This document shows positions 21,175 through 29,885 of a DNA stretch of 64,000 nt, one piece after another. The stretch is from the NCBI GenBank assembly GCA_018971565.1, contig JAGXAO010000002.1:6499-70498 (forward strand), in the 5' to 3' direction. The notes under the pieces were generated by a model, which saw nothing but the letters and a program-made list of their open reading frames with translations, did not search any database and had not been told where the DNA came from. The first letter of the stretch is position 1, and every line of letters begins with the position of its first letter. The DNA is from Rhodospirillales bacterium (lineage in GTDB: Bacteria > Pseudomonadota > Alphaproteobacteria > Acetobacterales > Acetobacteraceae). Position numbers and translations under genes: made by a program.

Positions 21175-21963
21175 ATGCCGAATGAAACACCGATTCAGGG
21201 CCTCATCAACATTATGGCCGCGCTGCGCGACCCCGAGACGGGCTGCCCGTGGGACAAGGAGCAGGATTTCGCCAGCATAGCGCCTTACACCATTGAAGAA
21301 GCTTATGAAGTGCGCGCGGCGATTGCCAGCGGCGAGCCCTCTGTGCTGAAGGATGAGTTGGGGGATTTATTGTTTCAGGTTGTCTACCATGCCCGCATGG
21401 CCGAGGAGCGTGGCTGGTTTAAATTCGACGATGTGGCCGAGACGATAAAAGACAAGATGATCCGCCGCCACCCGCATGTATTTGGGGAGGAGGCATCCCG
21501 CACCGCTACCGCCCAAACCGCTGCATGGGAGGCGCAAAAGATGGCTGAACGTGCTGCCCAGGCCCAGCACGGCGCGTTGGACGGCGTGGCCGAGGCGCTA
21601 CCAGCGCTGATGCGGGCGCAAAAGCTTACCAGCCGCGCCGCTCGCGTGAAATTCGACTGGCCGGATGCTATGGCGGTGCTGGAAAAACTGGACGAGGAGA
21701 TTGCCGAGCTGAAGGCAGAGCTGGCCGGGGCAAAGCCGGAGCGCCTGGCAGATGAACTGGGGGATTTGCTGTTCGTGCTGGTGAACCTGGCCCGCAAACT
21801 GGGGCTGGACGCGGAAACCTGCCTGGAAGGGGCAAACACGAAATTCATCCGCCGCTTTGGGCGGGTGGAAGCAAAGCTTGCGGCACGCGGCAAAACCCCG
21901 CGAGACTCCACGCTTGAAGAAATGGAAGCATTATGGACCGAGGCCAAGAAGGAAGGACTATGA
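21175..21963 (+). CDS. mazG: nucleoside triphosphate pyrophosphohydrolase MazG
   Basis: Tandem MazG domains: ETGCPWDKEQDFASIAPYTIEEAYEV and a second EELGDLLF repeat. Confidence 0.9.
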   Translation: MPNETPIQGLINIMAALRDPETGCPWDKEQDFASIAPYTIEEAYEVRAAIASGEPSVLKDELGDLLFQVVYHARMAEERGWFKFDDVAETIKDKMIRRHPHVFGEEASRTATAQTAAWEAQKMAERAAQAQHGALDGVAEALPALMRAQKLTSRAARVKFDWPDAMAVLEKLDEEIAELKAELAGAKPERLADELGDLLFVLVNLARKLGLDAETCLEGANTKFIRRFGRVEAKLAARGKTPRDSTLEEMEALWTEAKKEGL

Positions 21964-22553
21964 AAACACTGCTTGAAGGATATGAGCGGTTTCGCAGCGG
22001 CTATTGGCAGGACCATAAGGACCGTTACACCACCCTGGCGCGGGATGGGCAGGCGCCACCGGCGATGGTGATTGCCTGTGCGGATTCCCGCGTGGCGCCC
22101 GAGCTGATTTTCGATTGCGCGCCGGGCGAGATTTTCGTGGTGCGCAATGTGAGCGCCCTGGTGCCGCCCTATGCGCCAGACGGCAAGCAGCACGGCACCT
22201 CGGCCGCGGTGGAATTCGCGGTGAACGCTTTGCATGTGCGCAGCATCGTGGTGCTTGGCCATAGCCGCTGTGGCGGCGTGCGGGCATTGATGAAGGGGCC
22301 TGAGGGCGGGCGCGACTTCGTGGATTCCTGGATGAAAATTGCCAAGGCCGCCCGGCAGCGGGTCTGCGATTCGCCAGAGACCGCCAATGCGGATTTCGAA
22401 GCGCAATGCGCCGCTTGCGAACATGAGACGGTTCGCGTCTCGCTTGCCAACCTGCTCACCTTTCCCTGGATAAAAGAACGGGTAATGGATGGCAGGCTTA
22501 CCCTCGCCGGGCTGCACTTCAACGTTGAAACCGGCCATCTGCAAATGGTGTGA
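21960..22553 (+). CDS. can: beta-class carbonic anhydrase
   Basis: Zinc ligand blocks CADSRV and GHSRCGG. Start at MKTLLEGY overlaps the mazG stop as ATGA. Confidence 0.9.
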   Translation: MKTLLEGYERFRSGYWQDHKDRYTTLARDGQAPPAMVIACADSRVAPELIFDCAPGEIFVVRNVSALVPPYAPDGKQHGTSAAVEFAVNALHVRSIVVLGHSRCGGVRALMKGPEGGRDFVDSWMKIAKAARQRVCDSPETANADFEAQCAACEHETVRVSLANLLTFPWIKERVMDGRLTLAGLHFNVETGHLQMV

Positions 22554-22590
22554 ACCGCCAGGGCTGCTTCGCGGGCTGTGGCGCTTGTAA

Positions 22591-22614
22591 TAAATGTAGC
22601 CTTGGCTACATTTA
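22591..22614. promoter_or_regulatory. 24-bp palindromic candidate operator upstream of mntH (MntR/DtxR-type architecture)
   Basis: TAAATGTAGCC-TT-GGCTACATTTA has perfect 11-bp arms and ends 45 nt before ATG 22659. Confidence 0.4.
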
Positions 22615-22658
22615 GACAGGCGCGGCTGAAGCCTCGCGCTTTGGAGTGCCGCGCGGAA

Positions 22659-23939
22659 ATGGACGCAGAGACACAGACTGGCCTGAGCAAACGGACAGAG
22701 GCTGAAATCCGCGCTGTTCTGGCGGGGCACAGGCATGGGCTGGGCACGCCTCTGTTGTTCGTGGGGCCCGCCGTCGTGGCCTCAATAGCCTACATGGACC
22801 CTGGCAATTTTGCGACCAACATTCAGGCGGGGGCGCGGTACAACTACCAGCTTTTGTGGGTCGTGCTGCTGGCCAATCTCATCGCCATGCTGTTCCAGGC
22901 GCTTTCCGCCAAGCTGGGCCTGGTTACCGGCCGCAACCTTGCGGAGCTATGCCGCACCCACCTGCCCCACCCGCTGGTATATGCGATGTGGGGTGTGAGC
23001 GAGGTGGCCGCCATGGCAACCGACCTTGCGGAATTTCTGGGCGGGGCGATCGGGCTTTCGCTGCTGTGCCATCTGCCGCTTTTGGCGGGCATGGTGGTAA
23101 CGGGGTTTGTTACGTATTGCATGCTGCTGCTGGGCGGGCGGGGCTTCCGGCCGATGGAGCTGATGATCGGATTACTCGTTCTGGTTATCGCGGTTTGCTA
23201 TGTGGCGGAGTTGTTTATTGCTCCGGTGGATTGGGCGGCCGCGGCCGCCGGCTCGGTGCTGCCGCGCCTGCCGGATAGCGAGGCACTGACGATTGCGGTC
23301 GGCATTATCGGCGCCACGGTAATGCCGCACGCGCTTTACCTGCATTCCAGCCTTACCCAGCACCGCGTGAGACCCCGCAACGATGAAGAACGCATTATGC
23401 TGCTGCGCTTTTCCAACCGGGAAGTGGTGGCTGCGTTGAGCGTGGCCGGGTTGGTGAATATCGCGATGGTTATGACGGCAGCAGGCGCATTCCATGCCGG
23501 GCATCGTGAGGTTGCGGACATCACCACCGCCTACCACACACTTTCACCCCTGCTGGGCCCCGCCGCTGCGGGTGTGTTTCTGGTTTCATTGATGGCATCT
23601 GGCATTTCATCATCAACCGTCGGCACTATGGCTGGCCAGACGATCATGCAGGGTTTCGCGGGCTTTAAAATTCCCGTTTGGGTGCGCCGGGTGGTAACCA
23701 TGGTGCCTGCCTTCGTGGTGGTAGCCATGGGTGTGGATGCAACAAAGGCGTTGGTGATCAGCCAGGTGGTGCTTTCATTCGCGCTGCCAGTGCCGATGGT
23801 GGCACTGGTGATATTCACCCGCCGGCGGGACATAATGGGGCGCTTTACCAATACCCGGTTGATGAGCGGCACCGCAATTGGCGGCGCTGGCATTATTCTG
23901 GCGTTAAACGCGGTGCTGCTGGTGCAAACGCTCGGTTGA
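22659..23939 (+). CDS. mntH: Nramp-family divalent metal (Mn2+/Fe2+):proton symporter MntH
   Basis: DPGNFATNIQAG signature and about 11 TMs. ATG 22659 is preferred over GTG 22578 because the longer ORF would run through the palindromic operator. Confidence 0.9.
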   Translation: MDAETQTGLSKRTEAEIRAVLAGHRHGLGTPLLFVGPAVVASIAYMDPGNFATNIQAGARYNYQLLWVVLLANLIAMLFQALSAKLGLVTGRNLAELCRTHLPHPLVYAMWGVSEVAAMATDLAEFLGGAIGLSLLCHLPLLAGMVVTGFVTYCMLLLGGRGFRPMELMIGLLVLVIAVCYVAELFIAPVDWAAAAAGSVLPRLPDSEALTIAVGIIGATVMPHALYLHSSLTQHRVRPRNDEERIMLLRFSNREVVAALSVAGLVNIAMVMTAAGAFHAGHREVADITTAYHTLSPLLGPAAAGVFLVSLMASGISSSTVGTMAGQTIMQGFAGFKIPVWVRRVVTMVPAFVVVAMGVDATKALVISQVVLSFALPVPMVALVIFTRRRDIMGRFTNTRLMSGTAIGGAGIILALNAVLLVQTLG

Positions 23940-23954
23940 TTTTTGAACCTTGGT

Positions 23955-25169
23955 TTACCTGGTCCGGTTGATTTTTAAAAAATTCAACAGAGCGGGCATG
24001 GTGAGCCCCTGCACCACCACCGAAAATACCACCACGCCAAATGTTGCAATGAGCACTTGGTTGCGCATTGGTAGGCTCTGCGGCAGCGAGAGCGCCAAGG
24101 CTAAGCCCAGCGCGCCGCGCAAGCCTCCCCACCAAAGCACATGTTGAAAGCGGAATGGAATACGCCTGGCCGTATGGTTGAACAAGCCGCAAAGCGGGTA
24201 GATGGTTAATGCCCGGCTGGCCAGCACAACAAGGATCACCACCGCCAGTGCATAATTGCCAAGCTCGAGAAACGATATTCCGGCAACGGTAAGGCCAATG
24301 AGCAGAAAGACAAAGGAATTGGCGATGAAGGCCAGGAAATCCCACAGCGCCAGGGTAAATTCACGACCTCTATCCGAAACAAAAACACCCCAGCGGCTGC
24401 CAGAGGCAAGGCCGAGATTGCCCATGAGCAGCCCGGCCGTAACCGTGGCGAGCACCCCGGAGCAGTTGAACCGCACCGCCAGCATGAAAGAGCCATAAGC
24501 CAGCACAGTGGTGACGGCACTTTCCACCAGATGGTCCGTGGTACGCCGCACCGACGCAATGGCAAGCCCGGCACAGACCGCGCCGGAAGCAACACCCCCC
24601 CCAACCGTAACGGCGAGCAGCCGGGCCGCCTGCCCCGAGCCCAGATGCACCTGGCCGGATGCCTGCACCCAGGCCAGCACCAGCGCGAAAAGCACCGCCG
24701 CCACACCGTCGTTAAGCAGGCTTTCGCTTTCCACCAGCAGACGAAGCCGGCCATGCACGCCGTTATCCTTGAACATTGCGATGACGGCGACAGGGTCTGT
24801 CGCCGCGATGAGTACGCCGAACATCAACGATGGCTGCAAGGGCCATTTCATCAACTCGTGGCAGGTGGCGGCGACGATTATCGCTGAGATGATCGTGCCC
24901 GGAATGGCGAGGGTGAGGACGGGCAGCGCATCCTGCCGGAGATCTTTCCACCGGATATTGATGGCGGCTTCAAACAGCAAAGGCGGCAGGATGATTTCGA
25001 AGATGACGTTTTGGGTGAGTGCCACGTCAAGGTGGATGGGACTGAAAGCCAGCACAATTCCCGCAACAACAAGACCGACCGTATAAGGCAGGCGCAGGCG
25101 GCGGGCGATGAGAGCAACAGCTATGGCGACGATCATCATGTCGATCATCGAGGTCATGAAATCGTTCAT
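23955..25169 (-). CDS. CPA1-family Na+/H+ (cation:proton) antiporter, NhaP-like
   Basis: Polytopic Na_H_exchanger fold with blocks FEIILPPLLFEAA and LIAATDPVAV. Start at MNDFM is uncertain; the track start is TTG 25196. Confidence 0.85.
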   Translation of the reverse strand: MNDFMTSMIDMMIVAIAVALIARRLRLPYTVGLVVAGIVLAFSPIHLDVALTQNVIFEIILPPLLFEAAINIRWKDLRQDALPVLTLAIPGTIISAIIVAATCHELMKWPLQPSLMFGVLIAATDPVAVIAMFKDNGVHGRLRLLVESESLLNDGVAAVLFALVLAWVQASGQVHLGSGQAARLLAVTVGGGVASGAVCAGLAIASVRRTTDHLVESAVTTVLAYGSFMLAVRFNCSGVLATVTAGLLMGNLGLASGSRWGVFVSDRGREFTLALWDFLAFIANSFVFLLIGLTVAGISFLELGNYALAVVILVVLASRALTIYPLCGLFNHTARRIPFRFQHVLWWGGLRGALGLALALSLPQSLPMRNQVLIATFGVVVFSVVVQGLTMPALLNFLKINRTR

Positions 25170-25220
25170 CCCGCAGCAATAGCCGCGCTGGAGCAATTTG
25201 TAATACTCAAATGAAGGGCA

Positions 25221-26018
25221 CTAATGATGGATCAGCACCGGCAGATTGAAATTCCGCAGAATTTCGGTCGTGGCACCTCCGAAAATAAACTCTCGTAAGC
25301 GGCTATGCCCGTAGGCACCCATAACCAGCATATCCGCCCCGATTTGCCGGGCCTCGCTTAACAGCGCCTCCCCAATATGCCGCCGCGCCAGCGGAAAATG
25401 CCGGATGGCGGCCGGCCGCCCCCCCTCGCTCAACCGGTGCAGCAGCGCCGCGGGTGGAGATGATGAGCCTGGGCCATGTTCACCGATCAGGATTGTGGTG
25501 CGCTTTGCCCCGAGCAACAATCCGTTGAGAGCCTCAACGGCACGCTCGGCCGCAACGCATTCTTTCTGCCAGGCGATGGCGATATGTTGGCCAAAGTCGC
25601 GCGGCATGGTGCGTGGCACCAGTAAAACAGGCTTGTTTGCTTGAAACAGAAGCGTAGCGAGAATGGTATTGGCTTCTGAATCTCTATGCGGAGTACCCAA
25701 AACCACCAAATCGGCAGTGGCGGCAGCTTCATTCACGATGGTGCTGAGTTTGCCCCTCACCTGCCTTAAATCCGGCGGCCCGGCCCAGCCGGCTACTTTC
25801 TGGACGAGCTGCTGCACAAGCCGGTCCTGCGAGGCTTCAAATTTTTGGTGATGCGCCTCCGTGTAAATGTCCTCTGTGGGCAAGAAATCAGGATCAACCT
25901 CCGGGCGAGGGTAAAGAAGGCTGATTTCCGCCGGGGCGCAGCGGGCAGCAAGACAGGTAGTGGCTGAAAGCACCGAAACGGCAGTAAGCGGGTTGGTGAG
26001 CATTGCCAGGATACGCAT
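25221..26018 (-). CDS. universal stress protein (tandem Usp domains)
   Basis: Two UspA-like halves. The C-terminal block is DMLVMGAYGHSRLREFIFGGATTEILRNFNLPVLIHH. Confidence 0.85.
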   Translation of the reverse strand: MRILAMLTNPLTAVSVLSATTCLAARCAPAEISLLYPRPEVDPDFLPTEDIYTEAHHQKFEASQDRLVQQLVQKVAGWAGPPDLRQVRGKLSTIVNEAAATADLVVLGTPHRDSEANTILATLLFQANKPVLLVPRTMPRDFGQHIAIAWQKECVAAERAVEALNGLLLGAKRTTILIGEHGPGSSSPPAALLHRLSEGGRPAAIRHFPLARRHIGEALLSEARQIGADMLVMGAYGHSRLREFIFGGATTEILRNFNLPVLIHH

Positions 26019-26021
26019 GGC

Positions 26022-26462
26022 TTACGAAGCTTCTTCTTCGATAATGTTCTGGGTGGCACTCTGGCTGAGCTGCGTGGGCGCACCGCTGAAATGCGAGCCC
26101 AGCGCGTAACCTGCCGCCACCGCCAGCACGCAGAACACCACGGAAATGCTGATATTCAGCATGGCCCGGCCCACTGCGCCACCGCGCAGCAGGTCCAGCG
26201 TTTGCAGGCTGAAGGAGGAAAACGTGGTGAACCCGCCGCAGATGCCCACCATGAAGAAGATGCGGGCGGACTCGGGCAGCGGAAATCGGCCATGGCTTAG
26301 CGTGAGCGAACCAAAAAAACCGATCGCGAATGAGCCGAGAATGTTGATGATAATGGTACCGAGCGGCAGGTTACGGCTGATAGATACAGCGGCCATAGCC
26401 AGCCAGTATCGCCCAACGCTGCCGATGGCGCCGCCGAGGGCAACGAGCAAGGTTTGAAACAT
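26022..26462 (-). CDS. crcB: fluoride efflux channel CrcB/FluC
   Basis: [12 protein letters not shown] and [13 protein letters not shown] motifs. ATG 26462 sits 8 nt after the SD GAAGGAG. Only 3 nt separate it from the usp gene. Confidence 0.9.
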   Translation of the reverse strand: MFQTLLVALGGAIGSVGRYWLAMAAVSISRNLPLGTIIINILGSFAIGFFGSLTLSHGRFPLPESARIFFMVGICGGFTTFSSFSLQTLDLLRGGAVGRAMLNISISVVFCVLAVAAGYALGSHFSGAPTQLSQSATQNIIEEEAS

Positions 26463-26528
26463 TCGCCGGTCTCCTTCCATTTGAAGCGGGGCCGAGGCGA
26501 ACGACTCCCACAGCGCATGATGCCTGCA

Positions 26529-26575
26529 GGAGTCATCGGCTCCCCGAAGGAGCGGTTTTGGGGGACTCCATCCCC
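26529..26575 (-). promoter_or_regulatory. fluoride riboswitch (crcB RNA motif) aptamer
   Basis: Minus strand reads GGGGAUGGAGUCCCCCAAAACCGCUCCUUCGGGGAGCCGAUGACUCC. P1 is GGGG/CCCC and P3 is GCUCC-UUCG-GGAGC. The pseudoknot pairs loop GGAGUC with 3' GACUCC. Conserved GAUGG, AAACCGC and GAUGA strings are present. Located directly upstream of crcB. Confidence 0.85.
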
Positions 26576-26583
26576 ATGAGCCT

Positions 26584-26612
26584 TCTTAACCCATGGATGG
26601 GCGGATGTTCAA
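26584..26612 (-). promoter_or_regulatory. candidate sigma-70 promoter for the riboswitch-crcB transcript
   Basis: TTGAAC-N17-TTAAGA on the minus strand. The predicted start is about 26577, just before aptamer base 26575. Pattern match only. Confidence 0.3.
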
Positions 26613-26614
26613 GC

Positions 26615-27484
26615 TTACTGGCCGGAGTCCCTGGCGGCGAGAGAGCCGATGGCCGACCAGTCCAACTTCTCACCTCCATTGGCCAGCAGAGTGAGAAAAC
26701 GATCCCGCAGCAGGCTGGCGATTGGCAACGGCACGTTCAGCGCCTCGGCGGCGGCGAGCACCAGCCGGATGTCCTTCTGGCCGAGAGGGGCGGCGAACCC
26801 GGCAGGCTCGAACTTCCGGTCCACCAGCAATTGCCCATAGGTCTTATAGACAGGGGCGTTGAACAGGGTGGAGGTGAGCAGCTCCAAATAGGCTTTTTCG
26901 TCCACCCCACCCTTAGCCACCAGCGCCAGCGCCTCACCCAGCGCTTCGATGACCGAGGCGATAAGAAAATTACCGCTCAGCTTCACGAGGTTGGCGCGGG
27001 GGGGTGTAGTGCTGAGTACAAACACCCGTTGGCCGATGACCTCAAACAGCGGTTGCACGCGGGCGAGCTCCGCCTCCGCGCCTGCCGCGGCAATGAACAA
27101 CTTGGCGGCGGCAGCGGCATCCGGCCGGCCAAACACGGGCGCAGACACAAATTTCTGCCCGGCCTTTTCATGTGCCGTTTGCAGCGCCTCAGCCGTGGCG
27201 ACGCTGATGGTGCTGGAGGATACGTGGATGGCATCTTTTGGCAGATGCGCCAGAACACCGCTTTGCCCGTGCATCACCGCTTCAAGTGCCGCGTCGCTGG
27301 CGAGCATGGTGAACACCACCTCCTTACCCGCGGCAGCCTGACCGGGCGTGGCGGCAATTGGTGCGTCCAGCCCCACCGCCTTGTCCCGCGTGCGGTTATA
27401 GAGCGTCACTTCATGACCGGCCTTGATGAGATTCGCGGCCATGCTATGGCCCATCTGGCCGAGGCCAAGAAAACCGATCTTCAT
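26615..27484 (-). CDS. NAD(P)-dependent oxidoreductase, 3-hydroxyisobutyrate dehydrogenase/tartronate semialdehyde reductase family
   Basis: MKIGFLGLGQMGHSMAANL dinucleotide-binding N-terminus, 289 aa HIBADH-like length and layout. Confidence 0.85.
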   Translation of the reverse strand: MKIGFLGLGQMGHSMAANLIKAGHEVTLYNRTRDKAVGLDAPIAATPGQAAAGKEVVFTMLASDAALEAVMHGQSGVLAHLPKDAIHVSSSTISVATAEALQTAHEKAGQKFVSAPVFGRPDAAAAAKLFIAAAGAEAELARVQPLFEVIGQRVFVLSTTPPRANLVKLSGNFLIASVIEALGEALALVAKGGVDEKAYLELLTSTLFNAPVYKTYGQLLVDRKFEPAGFAAPLGQKDIRLVLAAAEALNVPLPIASLLRDRFLTLLANGGEKLDWSAIGSLAARDSGQ

Positions 27485-27622
27485 GACTTATTCTCCTGTT
27501 TTTGAATTCCAAGAGACGGTCAACGGCCTGGTTTGCTAACTCTATGCCGCCTTGCCGTGCGCGAAACGCACCTTGGAACGCGAGATGTGCTGACGAGATG
27601 GAATATGCCAAATTGGCTGAAA

Positions 27623-27699
27623 TGGTCGGAGCGGCGGGATTCGAACCCACGACCCCCAGTCCCCCAGACTGATGCGCTACCAGGCTGCGCTACGCTCCG
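27623..27699 (-). tRNA. tRNA-Pro (anticodon GGG)
   Basis: Minus strand CGGAGCGTAGCGCAGCCTGGTAGCGCATCAGTCTGGGGGACTGGGGGTCGTGGGTTCGAATCCCGCCGCTCCGACCA. Cloverleaf with anticodon loop CU-GGG-GG, TPsiC GGTTCGAATCC, and an encoded CCA. Confidence 0.9.
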
Positions 27700-27776
27700 G
27701 CCGTGGGGCGAGGCTGTAGCAGCACAGCGCCGCCGCGCCAAGAGCCAGTGCGCATTCTTTGCACCGTGAAAAACAA

Positions 27777-27803
27777 AACCGCCGCGTATAAGCCGCGGCG
27801 GTT
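27777..27803 (-). terminator. rho-independent terminator after the MerR-family gene
   Basis: AACCGCCGCG-N7-CGCGGCGGTT 10-bp stem. On the minus strand it is followed by TTGTTTTT. Confidence 0.55.
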
Positions 27804-27829
27804 GGAAAATTTGCAGCAAAATACAAATA

Positions 27830-28456
27830 TCAGTCGAGCGCCCGGCGAAGCTCCTCAAGTGCTGAAAGTGTTTCAGACAAAAGTGCGCGCAGGCGGGTTA
27901 ATTCTTCTTCTCCCACGGCCGCGGCCGCCTGGGGCCGGGCAGGCTCTGGAATCGGCGCAAGGGCGTAGGCCGGTTCGTCCTCATCCGGTAAAAGCCGGTT
28001 GGTAAATTCTTCCAGCTCGGGTTGGGGAAGCGGGTTTGCCGGCGGGAGGCTCGGCGCCCGTTGCATCGAAGGCTCCGGCGGAATCAGGAAGTCCTGTGCG
28101 GGAGGCGGATTGCGTTCTGCCGGTGCATCAGGCGCCATGCCTCCATCCCGCAGCAAGCGCTGCACGCCTTTAATGGTGTAACCCTGCGTATAGAGCAGGT
28201 CCGCCACCCGGCGCAGCAAGCCAACATCTTCCGGCCGGTAATACCGCCGCCCGCCGCCGCGCTTAAGCGGCCGCACCTGGGGAAATTTTGTCTCCCAGAA
28301 GCGCAGCACATGCTGCGGCACGTGCAATTCGTCGGCAACCTCCGAGATGGTGCGAAACGCATCGGCGGCTTTGCGGACCCGGGGACGCCCTGCCTCGTTA
28401 TTCAGGCCGGATGCGGAGCCGTCCTCCAGCTCCGCGTTATACTCTTCATCCACCAT
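27830..28456 (-). CDS. MerR-family transcriptional regulator (ihfA-linked type)
   Basis: Mer[49 protein letters not shown], with a Pro-rich C-terminal tail. Confidence 0.85.
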   Translation of the reverse strand: MVDEEYNAELEDGSASGLNNEAGRPRVRKAADAFRTISEVADELHVPQHVLRFWETKFPQVRPLKRGGGRRYYRPEDVGLLRRVADLLYTQGYTIKGVQRLLRDGGMAPDAPAERNPPPAQDFLIPPEPSMQRAPSLPPANPLPQPELEEFTNRLLPDEDEPAYALAPIPEPARPQAAAAVGEEELTRLRALLSETLSALEELRRALD

Positions 28457-28468
28457 GCGATCCTTCGA

Positions 28469-28783
28469 TTAGTCAGGCTTTGGGCGTGGCGTGGCCGGTT
28501 CGGCATTAACCGCATCCCGCAGCATTTGGCTGGGCCGGAATACCAGAACCCGGCGAGGCAGGATTGGTACTTCCACCCCGGTTTTTGGATTCCTGCCAAC
28601 CCTGCGGCCCTTCTGCCTTACAGAAAAAGTTCCGAAACCGCTGATTTTAACGGATTTGCCAACTTCAAGCGCCTCCGCGATGCGGTTCAGTACATGTTCA
28701 AGAAGATCAGCAGATTCATGCCGCGACAAGCCAACGCTAGCGTAGATCGCCTCGGTGAGCTGTGCCCGGGTCAAAGTGTTCAT
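28469..28783 (-). CDS. ihfA: integration host factor subunit alpha
   Basis: [14 protein letters not shown]...[37 protein letters not shown] is the HU/IHF fold with the IHF-alpha arm. Confidence 0.93.
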   Translation of the reverse strand: MNTLTRAQLTEAIYASVGLSRHESADLLEHVLNRIAEALEVGKSVKISGFGTFSVRQKGRRVGRNPKTGVEVPILPRRVLVFRPSQMLRDAVNAEPATPRPKPD

Positions 28784-28901
28784 TTTGCAAGATTAGCATG
28801 AGATGCTTAAGGGTCAACAAGTTACTTGACCGATTCGCAATGAATTACGTGCGACTCCTTAAGCCTCGTTGATCTTAAAGAGTTTTGTTCAAGCCTTCGT
28901 T

Positions 28902-29885
28902 TTATAGCCGCAACAGTGCTGAGCCCCATGTCAGGCCGCCGCCAAGGGCTTCCAGCAACAAAAGCTTCCCAGGCACCGCGCGGCCTTCCTGAATCGCATC
29001 TGCCAATGCGAGAGGGATGGAAGCGGCTGAGGTGTTGGCGTGCTTGTGCACCGTGATAACCACACGTTCCGCTGGTAAGCCAAGCTTCTTGCCCACGCCA
29101 TCAATAATGCGCTTGTTCGCCTGGTGCGGCACCAGCAGGTCAATATCATCGGCAGAGAGCTTGTTCTCCGCCAGCGCGTCGTTTACCGCGCCCGCAAGCA
29201 GATTCACAGCGTGGCGGAACACCTCGCGCCCATGCATGACGAGATGACCGGGTTTACGGTTGTCATGGGTTCCACAATCCACATAGAGAATATCGCCCAG
29301 CGAACCATCTGCATAAAGATGCGTGGAGAGCAGGCCAGGGCCGCCCTGCTCTACATCACGCGCTTCCAGCAGCACTGCTCCCGCTCCATCGCCAAACAAC
29401 ACGCAGGTGGTACGGTCCTCGAAATTCAGGAGGCGTGAAAACACCTCTGTTCCGATAACCAGCACGCTTTTCACCTGCCCGGCCCTCAGCATCGCGTCCG
29501 CCACGGAAAGTCCGTAGATGAAACCCGAACAGGCGGCCGAAAGGTCGAACCCGAAGGCTTTTTTAGCCCCCAGGCTGGCTTGAATGCGCACAGCGGTCGC
29601 AGGAAAAGCCTGGTCGGGCGTGGAGGTGGCAACAATGATCGCACCCAGCGATTCAGGGTTTAAGCCAGCCTTCTCCAAGGCCTGGCGCCCGGCTTCGGCT
29701 CCCATATAGGCGGCAGTTTCATGCGGTGCGGCAAAATGGCGTTGCCTGATGCCTGTCCGCTCCACGATCCATTCATCGGAAGTGTCCACGCGTTTTGCCA
29801 TATCCTCATTCGTAAGGATTTGTTCAGGCAAATAGGCGCCAGCACCGGTTAGCACAGCGCGTTTTAAAAGAGATTGGTCAGCCAT
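28902..29885 (-). CDS. fabH: beta-ketoacyl-ACP synthase III
   Basis: Active-site Cys block DLSAACSGFIYG, with His/Asn blocks HQAN and GNTSAAS. Confidence 0.95.
   Translation of the reverse strand: MADQSLLKRAVLTGAGAYLPEQILTNEDMAKRVDTSDEWIVERTGIRQRHFAAPHETAAYMGAEAGRQALEKAGLNPESLGAIIVATSTPDQAFPATAVRIQASLGAKKAFGFDLSAACSGFIYGLSVADAMLRAGQVKSVLVIGTEVFSRLLNFEDRTTCVLFGDGAGAVLLEARDVEQGGPGLLSTHLYADGSLGDILYVDCGTHDNRKPGHLVMHGREVFRHAVNLLAGAVNDALAENKLSADDIDLLVPHQANKRIIDGVGKKLGLPAERVVITVHKHANTSAASIPLALADAIQEGRAVPGKLLLLEALGGGLTWGSALLRL

Noticed and set aside
21384-22736. 450-aa minus-strand ORF spanning mazG, the carbonic anhydrase gene and the mntH upstream region
   Set aside because: It runs antisense through two well-supported genes and an intergenic operator. 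The S/A/R-rich sequence is typical of antisense frames, and I see no SD or family signal.
26558-27505. 315-aa plus-strand ORF
   Set aside because: It is antisense to the HIBADH-family dehydrogenase (clear GFLGLGQMG Rossmann start on the minus strand), and its 5' end overlaps the fluoride riboswitch.
27623-27699. tRNA-Pro, and tRNA-Leu at 42507-42593, as possible integration sites for mobile elements
   Set aside because: No integrase, direct repeat of the tRNA 3' end, or atypical gene content flanks either tRNA. The neighbours are conserved housekeeping genes.
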